This document shows positions 37,452 to 46,116 of a stretch of DNA of 64,000 bases, piece by piece; within the stretch, counting starts at the first letter, position 1, and each line of letters starts with the position of its first letter. The translations under genes were made by a program, and so were the position numbers. Below the pieces are notes generated by a model. That model worked only from the letters and a program-made list of their open reading frames with translations. It made no database searches and was not told the origin of the DNA. The stretch is from Thermoleophilia bacterium (lineage in GTDB: Bacteria; Actinomycetota; Thermoleophilia; Gaiellales; F1-60-MAGs149): assembly GCA_037133755.1 (NCBI GenBank), contig JBAXNN010000008.1, forward strand, positions 30,245 to 94,244. The letters are read 5' to 3'.

Positions 37452-38606
37452 ATGAGCACTCCGCAATGGCATGAGGACTGGTTTCCCGAACTGCGCGATG
37501 AGCGCCCGTGGGTGATGGAGGAGATGATCGACTCCGAGCCGCCGCTTGCCGCACGGATCGCGTCGAACAAGAAGCTCGGGCAGACGGCTGCGCGGATTGC
37601 GAAGAAGGTTGTCGAGGCACACGCCGCGGGCACGTCGATCAGCGTGGTGGGTTGCGGCACGAGTGAGCACGGCGCACGAGCAGTTGCCATCCAGCTCGAC
37701 GAGGCGCTCGGCCATCGTGGCGTGCGCGTCGCCGGCCGTCAGGCGCTTGAGGCCGCGATCGACACGGCTCCGGCCGGCATCACGATCGGGATCTCACACG
37801 ACAACGGCACGCGCGCGACGATGCTGGCGTTGAAGGCCGCACGCGAGGCTGGACAGACCACCGCGCTGATTACGGCCAACAACGAGGGTGGGTGCTCCGA
37901 GTTCGCCGACATCGTGTTGGTCACACCAGAGAAGGACAAGAGCTGGTGCCACACCGTCGGCTACATCTCGCCGATGGTCGCCGGCGCGGTGATCGCCGCT
38001 CATGTGTCGGGCAAGGATTTGGACGCGGCCGCGCTCGAACTGCACCTCGACGAATGCCGCGGGCTCAAGCCGCAGGCCACCGAGATCGCCAAGAACTTCC
38101 GCGACATCGAGCGGCTGATCGTGGTGGGTGGCGGCTACGACCGCATCACCGCCGACGAGCTCGTGCTGAAGGTCGAGGAGGGACTGCACCTCCCCTCCGC
38201 CGCCCGCGATCTGGAGACGTTCACGCATGGCCACCTGCCGGCGTGCGACGAGAAGACCGGACTCGTCGTCGTCGCGACGGAGCACCATGGTCGCGCCCGT
38301 CGCACCGACCGCGGTCGCCTGCTGCTGCGCGCCGCGCGCCACGTCGGCATGCCGTGTGCCGCCATCCTCGTCCCCGCCGTCGAGGGCAGCTGGGGCCGCG
38401 AGCTCACCAACGCTGGCCGCATGATTCTGCCCCACGCCGCCAAGCTGACGCCGACCACGAGCGCGCTGACGGCCTCGGCGATGGCGCTCCAGGTGCTCAC
38501 GCTCGAACTGGTGCACGACCGCGGCACCTATCCTGATCTGATCCGCCGCGAGCAGGCGCCGTGGCGTGAGGCCGCAGCCATCCTCGAAGGCACCGAGGAG
38601 TGGTGA
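37452..38606 (+). CDS. SIS-domain sugar-phosphate isomerase/aminotransferase-like protein (GlmS C-terminal / FrlB / AgaS type)
   Basis: 384 aa with two SIS-like halves; VVGCGTSEHGA in the first. Confidence 0.7.
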   Translation: MSTPQWHEDWFPELRDERPWVMEEMIDSEPPLAARIASNKKLGQTAARIAKKVVEAHAAGTSISVVGCGTSEHGARAVAIQLDEALGHRGVRVAGRQALEAAIDTAPAGITIGISHDNGTRATMLALKAAREAGQTTALITANNEGGCSEFADIVLVTPEKDKSWCHTVGYISPMVAGAVIAAHVSGKDLDAAALELHLDECRGLKPQATEIAKNFRDIERLIVVGGGYDRITADELVLKVEEGLHLPSAARDLETFTHGHLPACDEKTGLVVVATEHHGRARRTDRGRLLLRAARHVGMPCAAILVPAVEGSWGRELTNAGRMILPHAAKLTPTTSALTASAMALQVLTLELVHDRGTYPDLIRREQAPWREAAAILEGTEEW

Positions 38607-38607
38607 C

Positions 38608-38790
38608 ATGAGTAGCGAGATGACCCCAGCCGCCCAGGAGCTCGTGACCGCCATGCAGCACCTGCGCGGGGCCGACCACGCCCTCAAGCAGTGCGTCACG
38701 CTGCTCCGCCAGACCGAGCAGCCGGTACCCGACACGGTCGAGGACGCACTCTCGCTGGTCGAAGACGCGATCAGCTCGCTCGAGTCGTGA
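38608..38790 (+). CDS. 60-aa acidic helical protein, unknown function
   Basis: In-frame tail of ORF 38566..38790. ATG 38608 has GAGGAG 7 nt upstream and lies 1 nt after the SIS stop. Its TGA overlaps the next GTG. Confidence 0.45.
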   Translation: MSSEMTPAAQELVTAMQHLRGADHALKQCVTLLRQTEQPVPDTVEDALSLVEDAISSLES

Positions 38791-39635
38791 CGCCCGAGCA
38801 GGCGGTCGCCATCGCCTGCACCGCGCTCGGTGCGGATCCCGCCGACGCACAGGTTCTGCGCGCCGCCGACGCCATCACCGTGCAGCTTGACGCCGAGCGG
38901 GTCGCGCGCGTGATTCCCGACGCCGATGCCGACACGCTGCGCGTGCTCGCGGCGATTGCCGCGCTCGACGGCCACGTGCTCGAGCCGCTGGGAGAGCCGA
39001 TCGCGCTCGACGGCGCCCTCGTCGTGCCCTACCCGCGCGTTACGCCGAACGGCGATGCGCATCGCGACCTCGGCATCGCCGGTGCGTGCCTGGCCGGCCT
39101 GCACGCCCGCGGCCGGGCCGCGCTCGAGCGCGGCGACATCGATCTGCCTGAGTTCTCGCCGTCTGCCATTGCGACGCGGTGGCTTGATCGGGCTGACGCC
39201 GTGTTCACCCGCGACGAGCGCGCGCGGTTGCTCGACGCGATCGACACTGCGTGGCCCGAGGTGGCGGGCTCGCCAACCGTGATCCACGGCGATGCGCACC
39301 TCGGCAACTGGTGGCCGGCGACCAACGACTGGTGGGTGCTGATCGACCCTGAGTTCCTCTCGATCGGACCAGCTGTCTACGACCTAGCCCCGCTTGAGGT
39401 CGTCGAGCGCCGGCTCGGCACGCCCCCATCGCGCTTCCCGTCGTTCCTGGCCGGCTACGAGTCGGCCGACGGCGCGGTCGATCGGCGCTCGCTGGCGTCT
39501 GCCATCCACGTGCGCGAGTTGCTCTCCGTCGCGTGGCTTGCCTCGCGTTCGGGCGACGACTCCGAGCTGGCGTTGCGCACGCGCCGACGTCTCGTCGATG
39601 CCCTCGAGCGCCGCGAGGGCTCGTGGCTCGCATAG
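38787..39635 (+). CDS. Aminoglycoside-phosphotransferase/choline-kinase-fold kinase (APH family)
   Basis: In ORF 38691..39635. GTG 38787 overlaps the upstream TGA. Catalytic loop VIHGDAHLGNWW followed by LIDPEF (Brenner/APH motif). Confidence 0.7.
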   Translation: MTPEQAVAIACTALGADPADAQVLRAADAITVQLDAERVARVIPDADADTLRVLAAIAALDGHVLEPLGEPIALDGALVVPYPRVTPNGDAHRDLGIAGACLAGLHARGRAALERGDIDLPEFSPSAIATRWLDRADAVFTRDERARLLDAIDTAWPEVAGSPTVIHGDAHLGNWWPATNDWWVLIDPEFLSIGPAVYDLAPLEVVERRLGTPPSRFPSFLAGYESADGAVDRRSLASAIHVRELLSVAWLASRSGDDSELALRTRRRLVDALERREGSWLA

Positions 39636-40471
39636 CCGCGGTCGAGCGCGGCCGCTCGCCGATCGACATCCCTGGCACGCTCGCGTGGCTCGGCCAGCGG
39701 ACCGTCGTCGGCATCGACGACTGGGACGGCACCACCTACACACGCACAGCGGCGCTTGGCCGGGGCACAGGACGAATCACGCTGCGCGCCACCGGCAAGG
39801 CGGGCGTCGAGGTGACGGCGTGGAACGAGCGCGCGCTCGCCGCCATCCGCCCGCGCGTCCGGCACTTGCTCGGCCTCGATGACGATCCGCGACCCTGGCT
39901 GGCGGCGTTCGCCGACGACCCGGTACTCGGGCCGCGCGTTGCGGCACACCCGGGGCTGCGTATGCCCGGCTCGTGGGATGCGTGGGAGATGTGCGCCCGA
40001 GCGGTGCTCGGGCAGCTCGTGTCCGTCGCCGCGGCGCGCACGCTCACCATGCGCCTCGCCGAGCGCCATGGCCGTCGGTTGGCCGATGGCGGCATCGTCT
40101 TTCCCGACGCGGCCACGGTCGCAGCGGGCGACCTCGATGGTCTCGGTCTACCGGCTGCACGCCGCGATGCGTTGCGGGCGATCGCCGAACTCGTTGCGTC
40201 CGGCGGTGTCGACCTATCGCCTGCCGCCGACCCGGAGGCAGCACAGGCCGCGCTCGTCGCACTCAAGGGCATCGGGCCATGGACCGCGATGTACGTGCGC
40301 ATGCGCGCCATCCGCGATCTCGATGCATTTCCCGCTGCAGACCTCGGCGTGTTGATCGCGCTGGCCGATGCGCACGGCAAGCGACCGACCGAGGCCGAGG
40401 CCCGTCGCCGCGGCGAGGTCTGGCGTCCGTACCGCGGTGTCGCCACGATGCACCTCTGGGGCCTCGCCTAG
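39623..40471 (+). CDS. HhH-GPD DNA glycosylase, AlkA-like (3-methyladenine glycosylase II family)
   Basis: In ORF 39533..40471. The start is uncertain (GTG 39623 proposed). AVLGQLVSVAAARTLTMRL.., LKGIGPWTAMYVRMRA (HhH) and ..FPAADLGV. Confidence 0.7.
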   Translation: MARIAAVERGRSPIDIPGTLAWLGQRTVVGIDDWDGTTYTRTAALGRGTGRITLRATGKAGVEVTAWNERALAAIRPRVRHLLGLDDDPRPWLAAFADDPVLGPRVAAHPGLRMPGSWDAWEMCARAVLGQLVSVAAARTLTMRLAERHGRRLADGGIVFPDAATVAAGDLDGLGLPAARRDALRAIAELVASGGVDLSPAADPEAAQAALVALKGIGPWTAMYVRMRAIRDLDAFPAADLGVLIALADAHGKRPTEAEARRRGEVWRPYRGVATMHLWGLA

Positions 40472-40563
40472 CTGTTCTGCCTATGGGCCTGTGAGACGCT
40501 TAACGTCGTGCGGTGGTGCGAGGACTTCGCCGTGACGAGCGGACGTCGAGGTGGTAATGCGCG

Positions 40564-40602
40564 GTGGATGTCCCAAAGGGGTCAGACCTTTTTGGGACAT
40601 GG
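40564..40602 (+). repeat. Palindromic repeat family 2, copy A1
   Basis: GTGGATGTCCCAAAGGGGTCAGACCTTTTTGGGACATgg. It is a near-palindrome; the outer right arm is degenerate. Confidence 0.85.
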
Positions 40603-40631
40603 CTGCGTTCCGCTGCAGATCGACTCCGCCC

Positions 40632-40670
40632 TGATGTCCCAAAAGGGTCTGACCCCTTTGGGACATCCAC
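40632..40670 (-). repeat. Palindromic repeat family 2, copy A2 (inverted relative to A1)
   Basis: tgATGTCCCAAAAGGGTCTGACCCCTTTGGGACATCCAC. Its reverse complement matches A1 except for one base in the core. The 25 outer nt of A1 and A2 are perfect reverse complements. Confidence 0.85.
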
Positions 40671-40758
40671 CCTCCACGGCCACGCCGATCGCGCCCAACG
40701 CCACGGCTTCATCCCGCACCGTCGCACAGACCCATCGGCAGAACACGTGGGTGCAACG

Positions 40759-40777
40759 GCGCCGAGCGCGTCGGCGC
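40759..40777 (-). terminator. GC hairpin immediately after the DUF3891-like gene stop
   Basis: GCGCCGA gcgcg TCGGCGC, a 7-bp stem directly adjoining stop codon 40778..40780. No U tract. Confidence 0.35.
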
Positions 40778-41479
40778 TCAGGCCACGGCGACGAGCGAGA
40801 GCGTGCGCACCGACGTACCCACAATGGGAAACGGCGCCGATCCCGCCACCGACACGACGGGGACCATCAGCTCGCAGCTGGCCGGCAGCAGCCCGACGGG
40901 CATACGGACGACATCACCATCGCGCTCGACGTCGGTGTCCTCACCGCTCGGGCGCTCGAGCGCCAGCTCGTCGCCGTCGGGCCAGCCGCAGAGCCAGAGC
41001 GACATGAAGTCGACCATCGCGCACAGGCGCTGGTCGTGGTGCAGGTCGGCCGACGAGACGCCCAGCTCTTCGGCACGCTGCTCGGCGAGCGTGCGCCACG
41101 AGCCGATCACGGCGTCGCGCTGCTCCGCCAGGTGCGGGTCTTGGACGACGCGCGCGCCATGCAGCCACGCCCCATGCAGCGCCACGATCGCCTCGGCGTA
41201 CGGATGCAGATCACCGGCCAACCGCACCGACTCGCCGGAGACGTCGAGGTGCTCGGCCAACGACAGCTCGAGGAAGGACTCGGGACCGTCGCCGTCGCCG
41301 CTGCGCGGCTCGTGATCACGCTCGGCCCAGCCGTCATCGTGGTGCGCGACGGCGAGCCGAAAGCCTTCGAGCGGTCCTCGCGGCGCGTCGGCGATGGCGT
41401 CGAGAAGCGTGCACGCGAGCACGCCGTGATCAGGCTGGCGCACCAGCTCCCACCCCTGGCCAGACGAACGGCAGATCAT
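40778..41479 (-). CDS. DUF3891-like protein
   Basis: In-frame tail of ORF 40778..41695 from ATG 41479. MICRSSGQGWELVRQPDHGVLACTLL.. resembles my recollection of the DUF3891 N-terminus. Confidence 0.5.
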   Translation of the reverse strand: MICRSSGQGWELVRQPDHGVLACTLLDAIADAPRGPLEGFRLAVAHHDDGWAERDHEPRSGDGDGPESFLELSLAEHLDVSGESVRLAGDLHPYAEAIVALHGAWLHGARVVQDPHLAEQRDAVIGSWRTLAEQRAEELGVSSADLHHDQRLCAMVDFMSLWLCGWPDGDELALERPSGEDTDVERDGDVVRMPVGLLPASCELMVPVVSVAGSAPFPIVGTSVRTLSLVAVA

Positions 41480-41514
41480 GCTGCGGACGATAGCCGCCGG
41501 ATAGACTGCCGCGC

Positions 41515-42939
41515 GTGATGACCAGCCTGCTGCCCGGACTCCCCCACGCCTCGCTCGAGATCGGTGGTGTGCGCCTCGACGGCGACGAGCTGGCCGGTGC
41601 GGTCGGTGCGGTCGCGGTTTCGCTCGCCGATCACACCCGCGTGGCACTGTGGTGCACCTCGGAGCTCGTAACGGGACTCGGCATTGCCGGCGCACTGATC
41701 GCTGGCGTGACGGTCGTGCCGATCAACCCCGCCTCGGGCGATCGCGAGCTCGCGCACGAGACCGGCGACAGTCGGCCAGAGGCCGTTCTGGCTTCGGCCA
41801 CCGCAGAGTTGCCGCCGACACTCGCCGCGCTGCCCCGCATCGTGATCGACCCCGCGGCCCGCGCACCGCTCCCGTCGATCGACACCCCGCCCGATGTGGC
41901 CGCGCTGATCGTCTACACGTCGGGCACCACCGGCGCCCCCAAGGGCGTCGTGATGTCGCGCCGCGCCGTCGCCGCGAACCTCGACGCCCTCGCCGACGCC
42001 TGGGCGTGGACGAGCGCTGATGTCGTGGCGCAGGCGCTGCCGCTCTTTCACGTGCACGGTCTCGTGCTCGGCACCGTCGGCCCGCTCCGGCTCGGCGGCG
42101 GCGTACGGCACGTCGGCCGCTTCTCGCCGGAGGCGATCGCCGCAGCGTTCGCAGACGACGCCACGATGCTCTTCGCCGTGCCAACCATGCACGGGCGTCT
42201 GCTCGCCGCCGCTGAGGCGGACCCGGCTGTCGCCAACGCCCTGCGCAGCGCACGCCTGATTGTCTCTGGCTCCGCCGCGCTGCCGGCCCGCGTCCACGAG
42301 GCGTACACCGCGGCCACGGGCCAGCAGATCGTCGAGCGCTACGGCATGAGCGAGGCGCTGATGATCGCGAGCGCCCGCCACGACGGCCCACGCATCCCCG
42401 GCGCGGTCGGCACGGCCCTGCCCGGCGTCGAGATCCGCATTACCGATGACGCCGGTGTCGTGATGCCCGTCGGCGACACCGACACGATCGGCAACGTCGA
42501 GATCAAGAGCGCGTCGCTGTTCGATGAGTACCTCGGGCGCCCTGACGCGACGGCCGAGGCCTTCAACGACGGCTGGTTCCGTACGGGCGACGTCGGCTCG
42601 CTCGACAACGATGGCGTGCTCCGTCTGGTCGGGCGCAGCTCGACCGACCTGATCAAGACCGGCGGGTATCGCGTCGGCGCTGGCGAGATCGAGGCCGCGA
42701 TGCTCGAGCACCCCGACGTCGTCGAGGTGGCCGTGCTCGGCATCCCCGACGACGACCTCGGCGAGCGCATCGCCGCCTGGGTGGTGATCACCCCCGGCAG
42801 CGACCTCACCGACGATGTGCTCGTGCAGCACGTCGCCGACCTCCTCGCACCGCACAAGCGCCCGCGCGTGATCACCCGCGTCGACGAGCTACCGCGCAAC
42901 GCGCTCGGCAAGGTGCAGAAGAAGCGGCTGCTCGGATGA
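41515..42939 (+). CDS. AMP-dependent acyl-CoA synthetase/ligase (MatB-like size)
   Basis: IVYTSGTTGAPKGVVMS (AMP-binding motif I), FRTGDVG, GRSSTDLIKTGGYRV, and a terminal LPRNALGKVQKK. Confidence 0.88.
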   Translation: MMTSLLPGLPHASLEIGGVRLDGDELAGAVGAVAVSLADHTRVALWCTSELVTGLGIAGALIAGVTVVPINPASGDRELAHETGDSRPEAVLASATAELPPTLAALPRIVIDPAARAPLPSIDTPPDVAALIVYTSGTTGAPKGVVMSRRAVAANLDALADAWAWTSADVVAQALPLFHVHGLVLGTVGPLRLGGGVRHVGRFSPEAIAAAFADDATMLFAVPTMHGRLLAAAEADPAVANALRSARLIVSGSAALPARVHEAYTAATGQQIVERYGMSEALMIASARHDGPRIPGAVGTALPGVEIRITDDAGVVMPVGDTDTIGNVEIKSASLFDEYLGRPDATAEAFNDGWFRTGDVGSLDNDGVLRLVGRSSTDLIKTGGYRVGAGEIEAAMLEHPDVVEVAVLGIPDDDLGERIAAWVVITPGSDLTDDVLVQHVADLLAPHKRPRVITRVDELPRNALGKVQKKRLLG

Positions 42940-43691
42940 GCACCGGCGCACACGCCGGTCGCGACCACATCACGTGGGTCGGGCACGGCACGGTCGTCAT
43001 CGCCATGGGCGGCACGCGGGTGATCGTCGACCCTGTGCTGCGCCCCCGTGTGCTGCATCTCAAGCGCTTCCACCCGGTGCCCAAGCATGCGCTGCGCTCG
43101 CTCGACGCGGCACTGATCACCCACCAGCACCACGACCATCTCGACCCGCCGTCGCTCGAGAGTCTCGGCAAGGAGCTGCCGATCATCGTCCCGGCGGGCG
43201 CCGCCGGGACGTTGCGCCGCAAGAAGTTCACCCACGTCGTCGAGATCGACGAGGGCGAGCGCATCCAGATCGGCGCGCTGCGTGCCACCGCAACGCCGGC
43301 CGACCACGACGACAAGCGCGACCACCCGCTCGGTCCGACCGCCACGCCGATCGGGTACCTGTTCGAGGGTTCCAAGCGCATCTACGTGGCCGGCGACACC
43401 GACCTGTTCGACGAGATGGAGCTGATTGGTCCAGTCGACTACGCGCTGCTGCCGATCTTCGGCTGGGGTCCGGGCCTCGGCCCCGGCCACATGGATCCGG
43501 AGCGCGCCGCCGAAGCGGCGCGACGTCTGCAGGCGAAGGTCGCGATCCCGATCCACTGGGGCACGCTCTGGCCGATCGGCCGCGGCGAGCCGCCGCACGC
43601 GCCGGCCGACGAGTTCATCGAGCACTGCGCGCGCCTTGCACCCGACAGCCAAGCGAGATTGCTCGAGCCTGGCTCGACCGTCGAGTTCTAA
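42936..43691 (+). CDS. MBL-fold metallo-hydrolase
   Basis: ATGA overlap with the upstream gene. ITHQHHDHLD zinc motif. Confidence 0.8.
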   Translation: MSTGAHAGRDHITWVGHGTVVIAMGGTRVIVDPVLRPRVLHLKRFHPVPKHALRSLDAALITHQHHDHLDPPSLESLGKELPIIVPAGAAGTLRRKKFTHVVEIDEGERIQIGALRATATPADHDDKRDHPLGPTATPIGYLFEGSKRIYVAGDTDLFDEMELIGPVDYALLPIFGWGPGLGPGHMDPERAAEAARRLQAKVAIPIHWGTLWPIGRGEPPHAPADEFIEHCARLAPDSQARLLEPGSTVEF

Positions 43692-43704
43692 GCCCCGACC
43701 GTCG

Positions 43705-46116
43705 TTAGACGAGTCGTTGTAACTCGATTTCGGTCAGACCCGGATTGGCATCCCGTAGCGCCTGCACCTGTTCGGGATGGCAGGTGAAGTACAAGACCTG
43801 ATGCCGCGTGGCGAGGTCGGCGATGACCGCCGCTGCGCCCGCACGGCGCTCGGGGTCGAGGTGCGTGAGGACGTCGTCCATCAGCACCGGTAGCTCGGGG
43901 CCGCCGTCATCGTGCATCTCGTCGACGAGGCCTGCGCGCAGACAGAGGTAGACGAGACCGACGGTGCCCTCCGACAGCTCGGCGAACGGCGTGCGCGCAC
44001 CGTCGCGGCCGACGATCTCGGAGCGCGCGCCGGCCTTCTCGCCGTCGGGCATACGGACGGTCACCCAGGAGCCGTTCGTCGCGGTCGCGATCTGCGTGGC
44101 AGCGCGCTCGAACACGCCCGGCTGATGCTCCTCGACGAACCGATCACGAGCCTGCTCGACGATCGTGTGAGCCAGTTGCAACGTGAGCCACTCGTCGGCG
44201 ACCGCGCGGAGATCGGCCTCTGCGTCGGCGGCGCTCTGGGCGAGCATGGCAAGGTCGGTGGAGTCCTCCGCGTTCTCGATCAGCGCGCGCGTGCCGCCGA
44301 GCGCCGCGATGGCCTCGGTGTGCTCCCCCCGCGCCGCGTCGACCTGACCGTCGAGCACATCGCGCTGTGCCTCCGCCTGCTCCAGATCGAGCGCCTCCGC
44401 GGCAGCGACGAGTGCTGCGTCACCACGCGAGAGATCGTCTACGTGAGCTTGGGCGAGCTCGCGACGGTGCTGCCAGGCCTGCACGTCGGTGCGGTGCGTG
44501 GCGGCAATCTCGCGCTGTGCGTCGAAGTCGTGCAGCGCCCGATCGACGGCAGTGCGCAGCTGCTCCAGTTCGGTCGGCGCACCCTCGCCAAGCGCCGCGA
44601 TAGCGCGCGCAACGATGGCGTCGGCAGTGGCTGTGTCCGCCTGGGCCAGTGCAGCCGAGCGAGCGGCGGCATCGTCGGCCGTGCGGATCACGCCGAACGT
44701 CGCCAACACGTCGTCGAGTTGATCCACGCGCAGCTCGGCGGCGAGCCCGCTGGCCACAAGAGACGCACGCCATGCGGCTCGCGCCTGCTCCGCCACGGCT
44801 TCGGCCTGTGCGGCGGCGGCCTGGTGTTGGTCCGCGGCGGTGGCGTGAAGCTGCGGGCCTGCGGGGCGGGAGCCGGCGCCCAATCCGCCGAGGATCGCGG
44901 CGCCGACGGCAACGCCGAGAATCCCGCCGATGATCGTGGCGGTGATACCCACGAACCACCCGATGCCAATCGCGATGAGGCTGACGGCGATCAGTGCCGC
45001 GCCAAGGCCGCGGCGTGGCGTCGGGGCCGCGACCTCGACCGGGGCCGGCAGCTGCGTCGCCGCGCTGCGGGCGACATCGCCCAGGCGCGTCGCCTCGCGT
45101 TCGGCTTCGCGCACGGCCTCAGCGGCGGCACGCAATCCGGACTCGTCGGCGATCGACGGCACGGGTGCGGTCCCCGCAAGCCCCACGCGCTCGCGGGCGC
45201 GCACTGCGCGCTCACGTTCGCCCGCCGCATCGGCCTCGTGCTGCGTGGCGCGACGCCGGGCGTCGATCGCCACGGGCAGGTCGGTCAGGATCGCGCGGTA
45301 CTCGCTGACGACCTCGACGGACGGCTCCTCCACACCAGTCGCCTCGGGCCGCTGGGCGTCGACGGCAGTGGCCTCGACCAGCGCCGCGCGCAGCTGCACC
45401 AGGCGGTCGAGGCGCTGGAGGTCTTGCGTGGCGGCAACCAACTGCTCGTTGGCACGAGCCACCCGCGCCTCGGCCTCGGCGAGTGCGTCGGCAGAGCGAT
45501 CGGCCGCACCGGCGTCCTTCTCGGCTTCGCGCAGTGCACGCCGCGCCGCAGTCACGGCCTTGAGCGCATGCGCGTACGGCTGGTTCTCGCCCTGCTTCTT
45601 GTACAGCGCGTCGGCGCGCTTCTGCAGCGCGCTCAAGACCGGCTCGGCGCCAGCGCCCCCACCCAGCACCGCGGAGGCGAGCACGCCGGCGCGCACCGAG
45701 GGGTCGTCGAGCAGTCCCATCGAGGCGAGGTCCCGCGAATCGAAGGTCTGGACACGGTCGAAGAGGTCAACGCTCGTGATGCCCAGCGCGCGCATGAGTG
45801 CGGCATCGCCGACCGGCTCGCCGTGCTCGTCGGTGATCACGACGCTCGAGCCGTGCGTCCGTTCGACGCGGAAGCGGCGCCCATCGTCGGCCACGATGTC
45901 CACGCGCCCAGAGCGCTGGCCGCCACCCTTGGGCTCGCGCCGCGGGCCCTCGCCGCGCAGCGCCGGAAACCCGAACAGCACGCCGCGGATCAGCTGCATG
46001 GTCGAGCTCTTGCCCGACTCGTTGGGGCCATGGATGACAGTCAGGCCCGGCTCTGGCTCGACGACACGGCCGCCGATTGCGCCATAGGCGATCGCCTCGA
46101 TGCGCGCGATTCTCAT
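43705..46116 (-). CDS. Rad50/SbcC-like AAA ATPase (YhaN type) with a central hydrophobic hairpin
   Basis: Walker A GPNESGKSS; long Ala/Glu/Arg-rich coiled-coil segments; C-terminal Walker B LPVLMDDVLTHLD. Residues 371-415 are LGAALIAVSLIAIGIGWFVGITATIIGGILGVAVGAAILGGLGAG. No CxxC hook. Confidence 0.8.
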   Translation of the reverse strand: MRIARIEAIAYGAIGGRVVEPEPGLTVIHGPNESGKSSTMQLIRGVLFGFPALRGEGPRREPKGGGQRSGRVDIVADDGRRFRVERTHGSSVVITDEHGEPVGDAALMRALGITSVDLFDRVQTFDSRDLASMGLLDDPSVRAGVLASAVLGGGAGAEPVLSALQKRADALYKKQGENQPYAHALKAVTAARRALREAEKDAGAADRSADALAEAEARVARANEQLVAATQDLQRLDRLVQLRAALVEATAVDAQRPEATGVEEPSVEVVSEYRAILTDLPVAIDARRRATQHEADAAGERERAVRARERVGLAGTAPVPSIADESGLRAAAEAVREAEREATRLGDVARSAATQLPAPVEVAAPTPRRGLGAALIAVSLIAIGIGWFVGITATIIGGILGVAVGAAILGGLGAGSRPAGPQLHATAADQHQAAAAQAEAVAEQARAAWRASLVASGLAAELRVDQLDDVLATFGVIRTADDAAARSAALAQADTATADAIVARAIAALGEGAPTELEQLRTAVDRALHDFDAQREIAATHRTDVQAWQHRRELAQAHVDDLSRGDAALVAAAEALDLEQAEAQRDVLDGQVDAARGEHTEAIAALGGTRALIENAEDSTDLAMLAQSAADAEADLRAVADEWLTLQLAHTIVEQARDRFVEEHQPGVFERAATQIATATNGSWVTVRMPDGEKAGARSEIVGRDGARTPFAELSEGTVGLVYLCLRAGLVDEMHDDGGPELPVLMDDVLTHLDPERRAGAAAVIADLATRHQVLYFTCHPEQVQALRDANPGLTEIELQRLV

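Noticed and set aside
40564-40670. Coding repeats: plus-strand ORFs translating to DVPKGSDPFGTS at 40.6 kb and 52.8 kb
   Set aside because: The peptide similarity is a by-product of the palindromic DNA repeat. The ORFs lack starts with an RBS and have no coding-like context. Both orientations are present.
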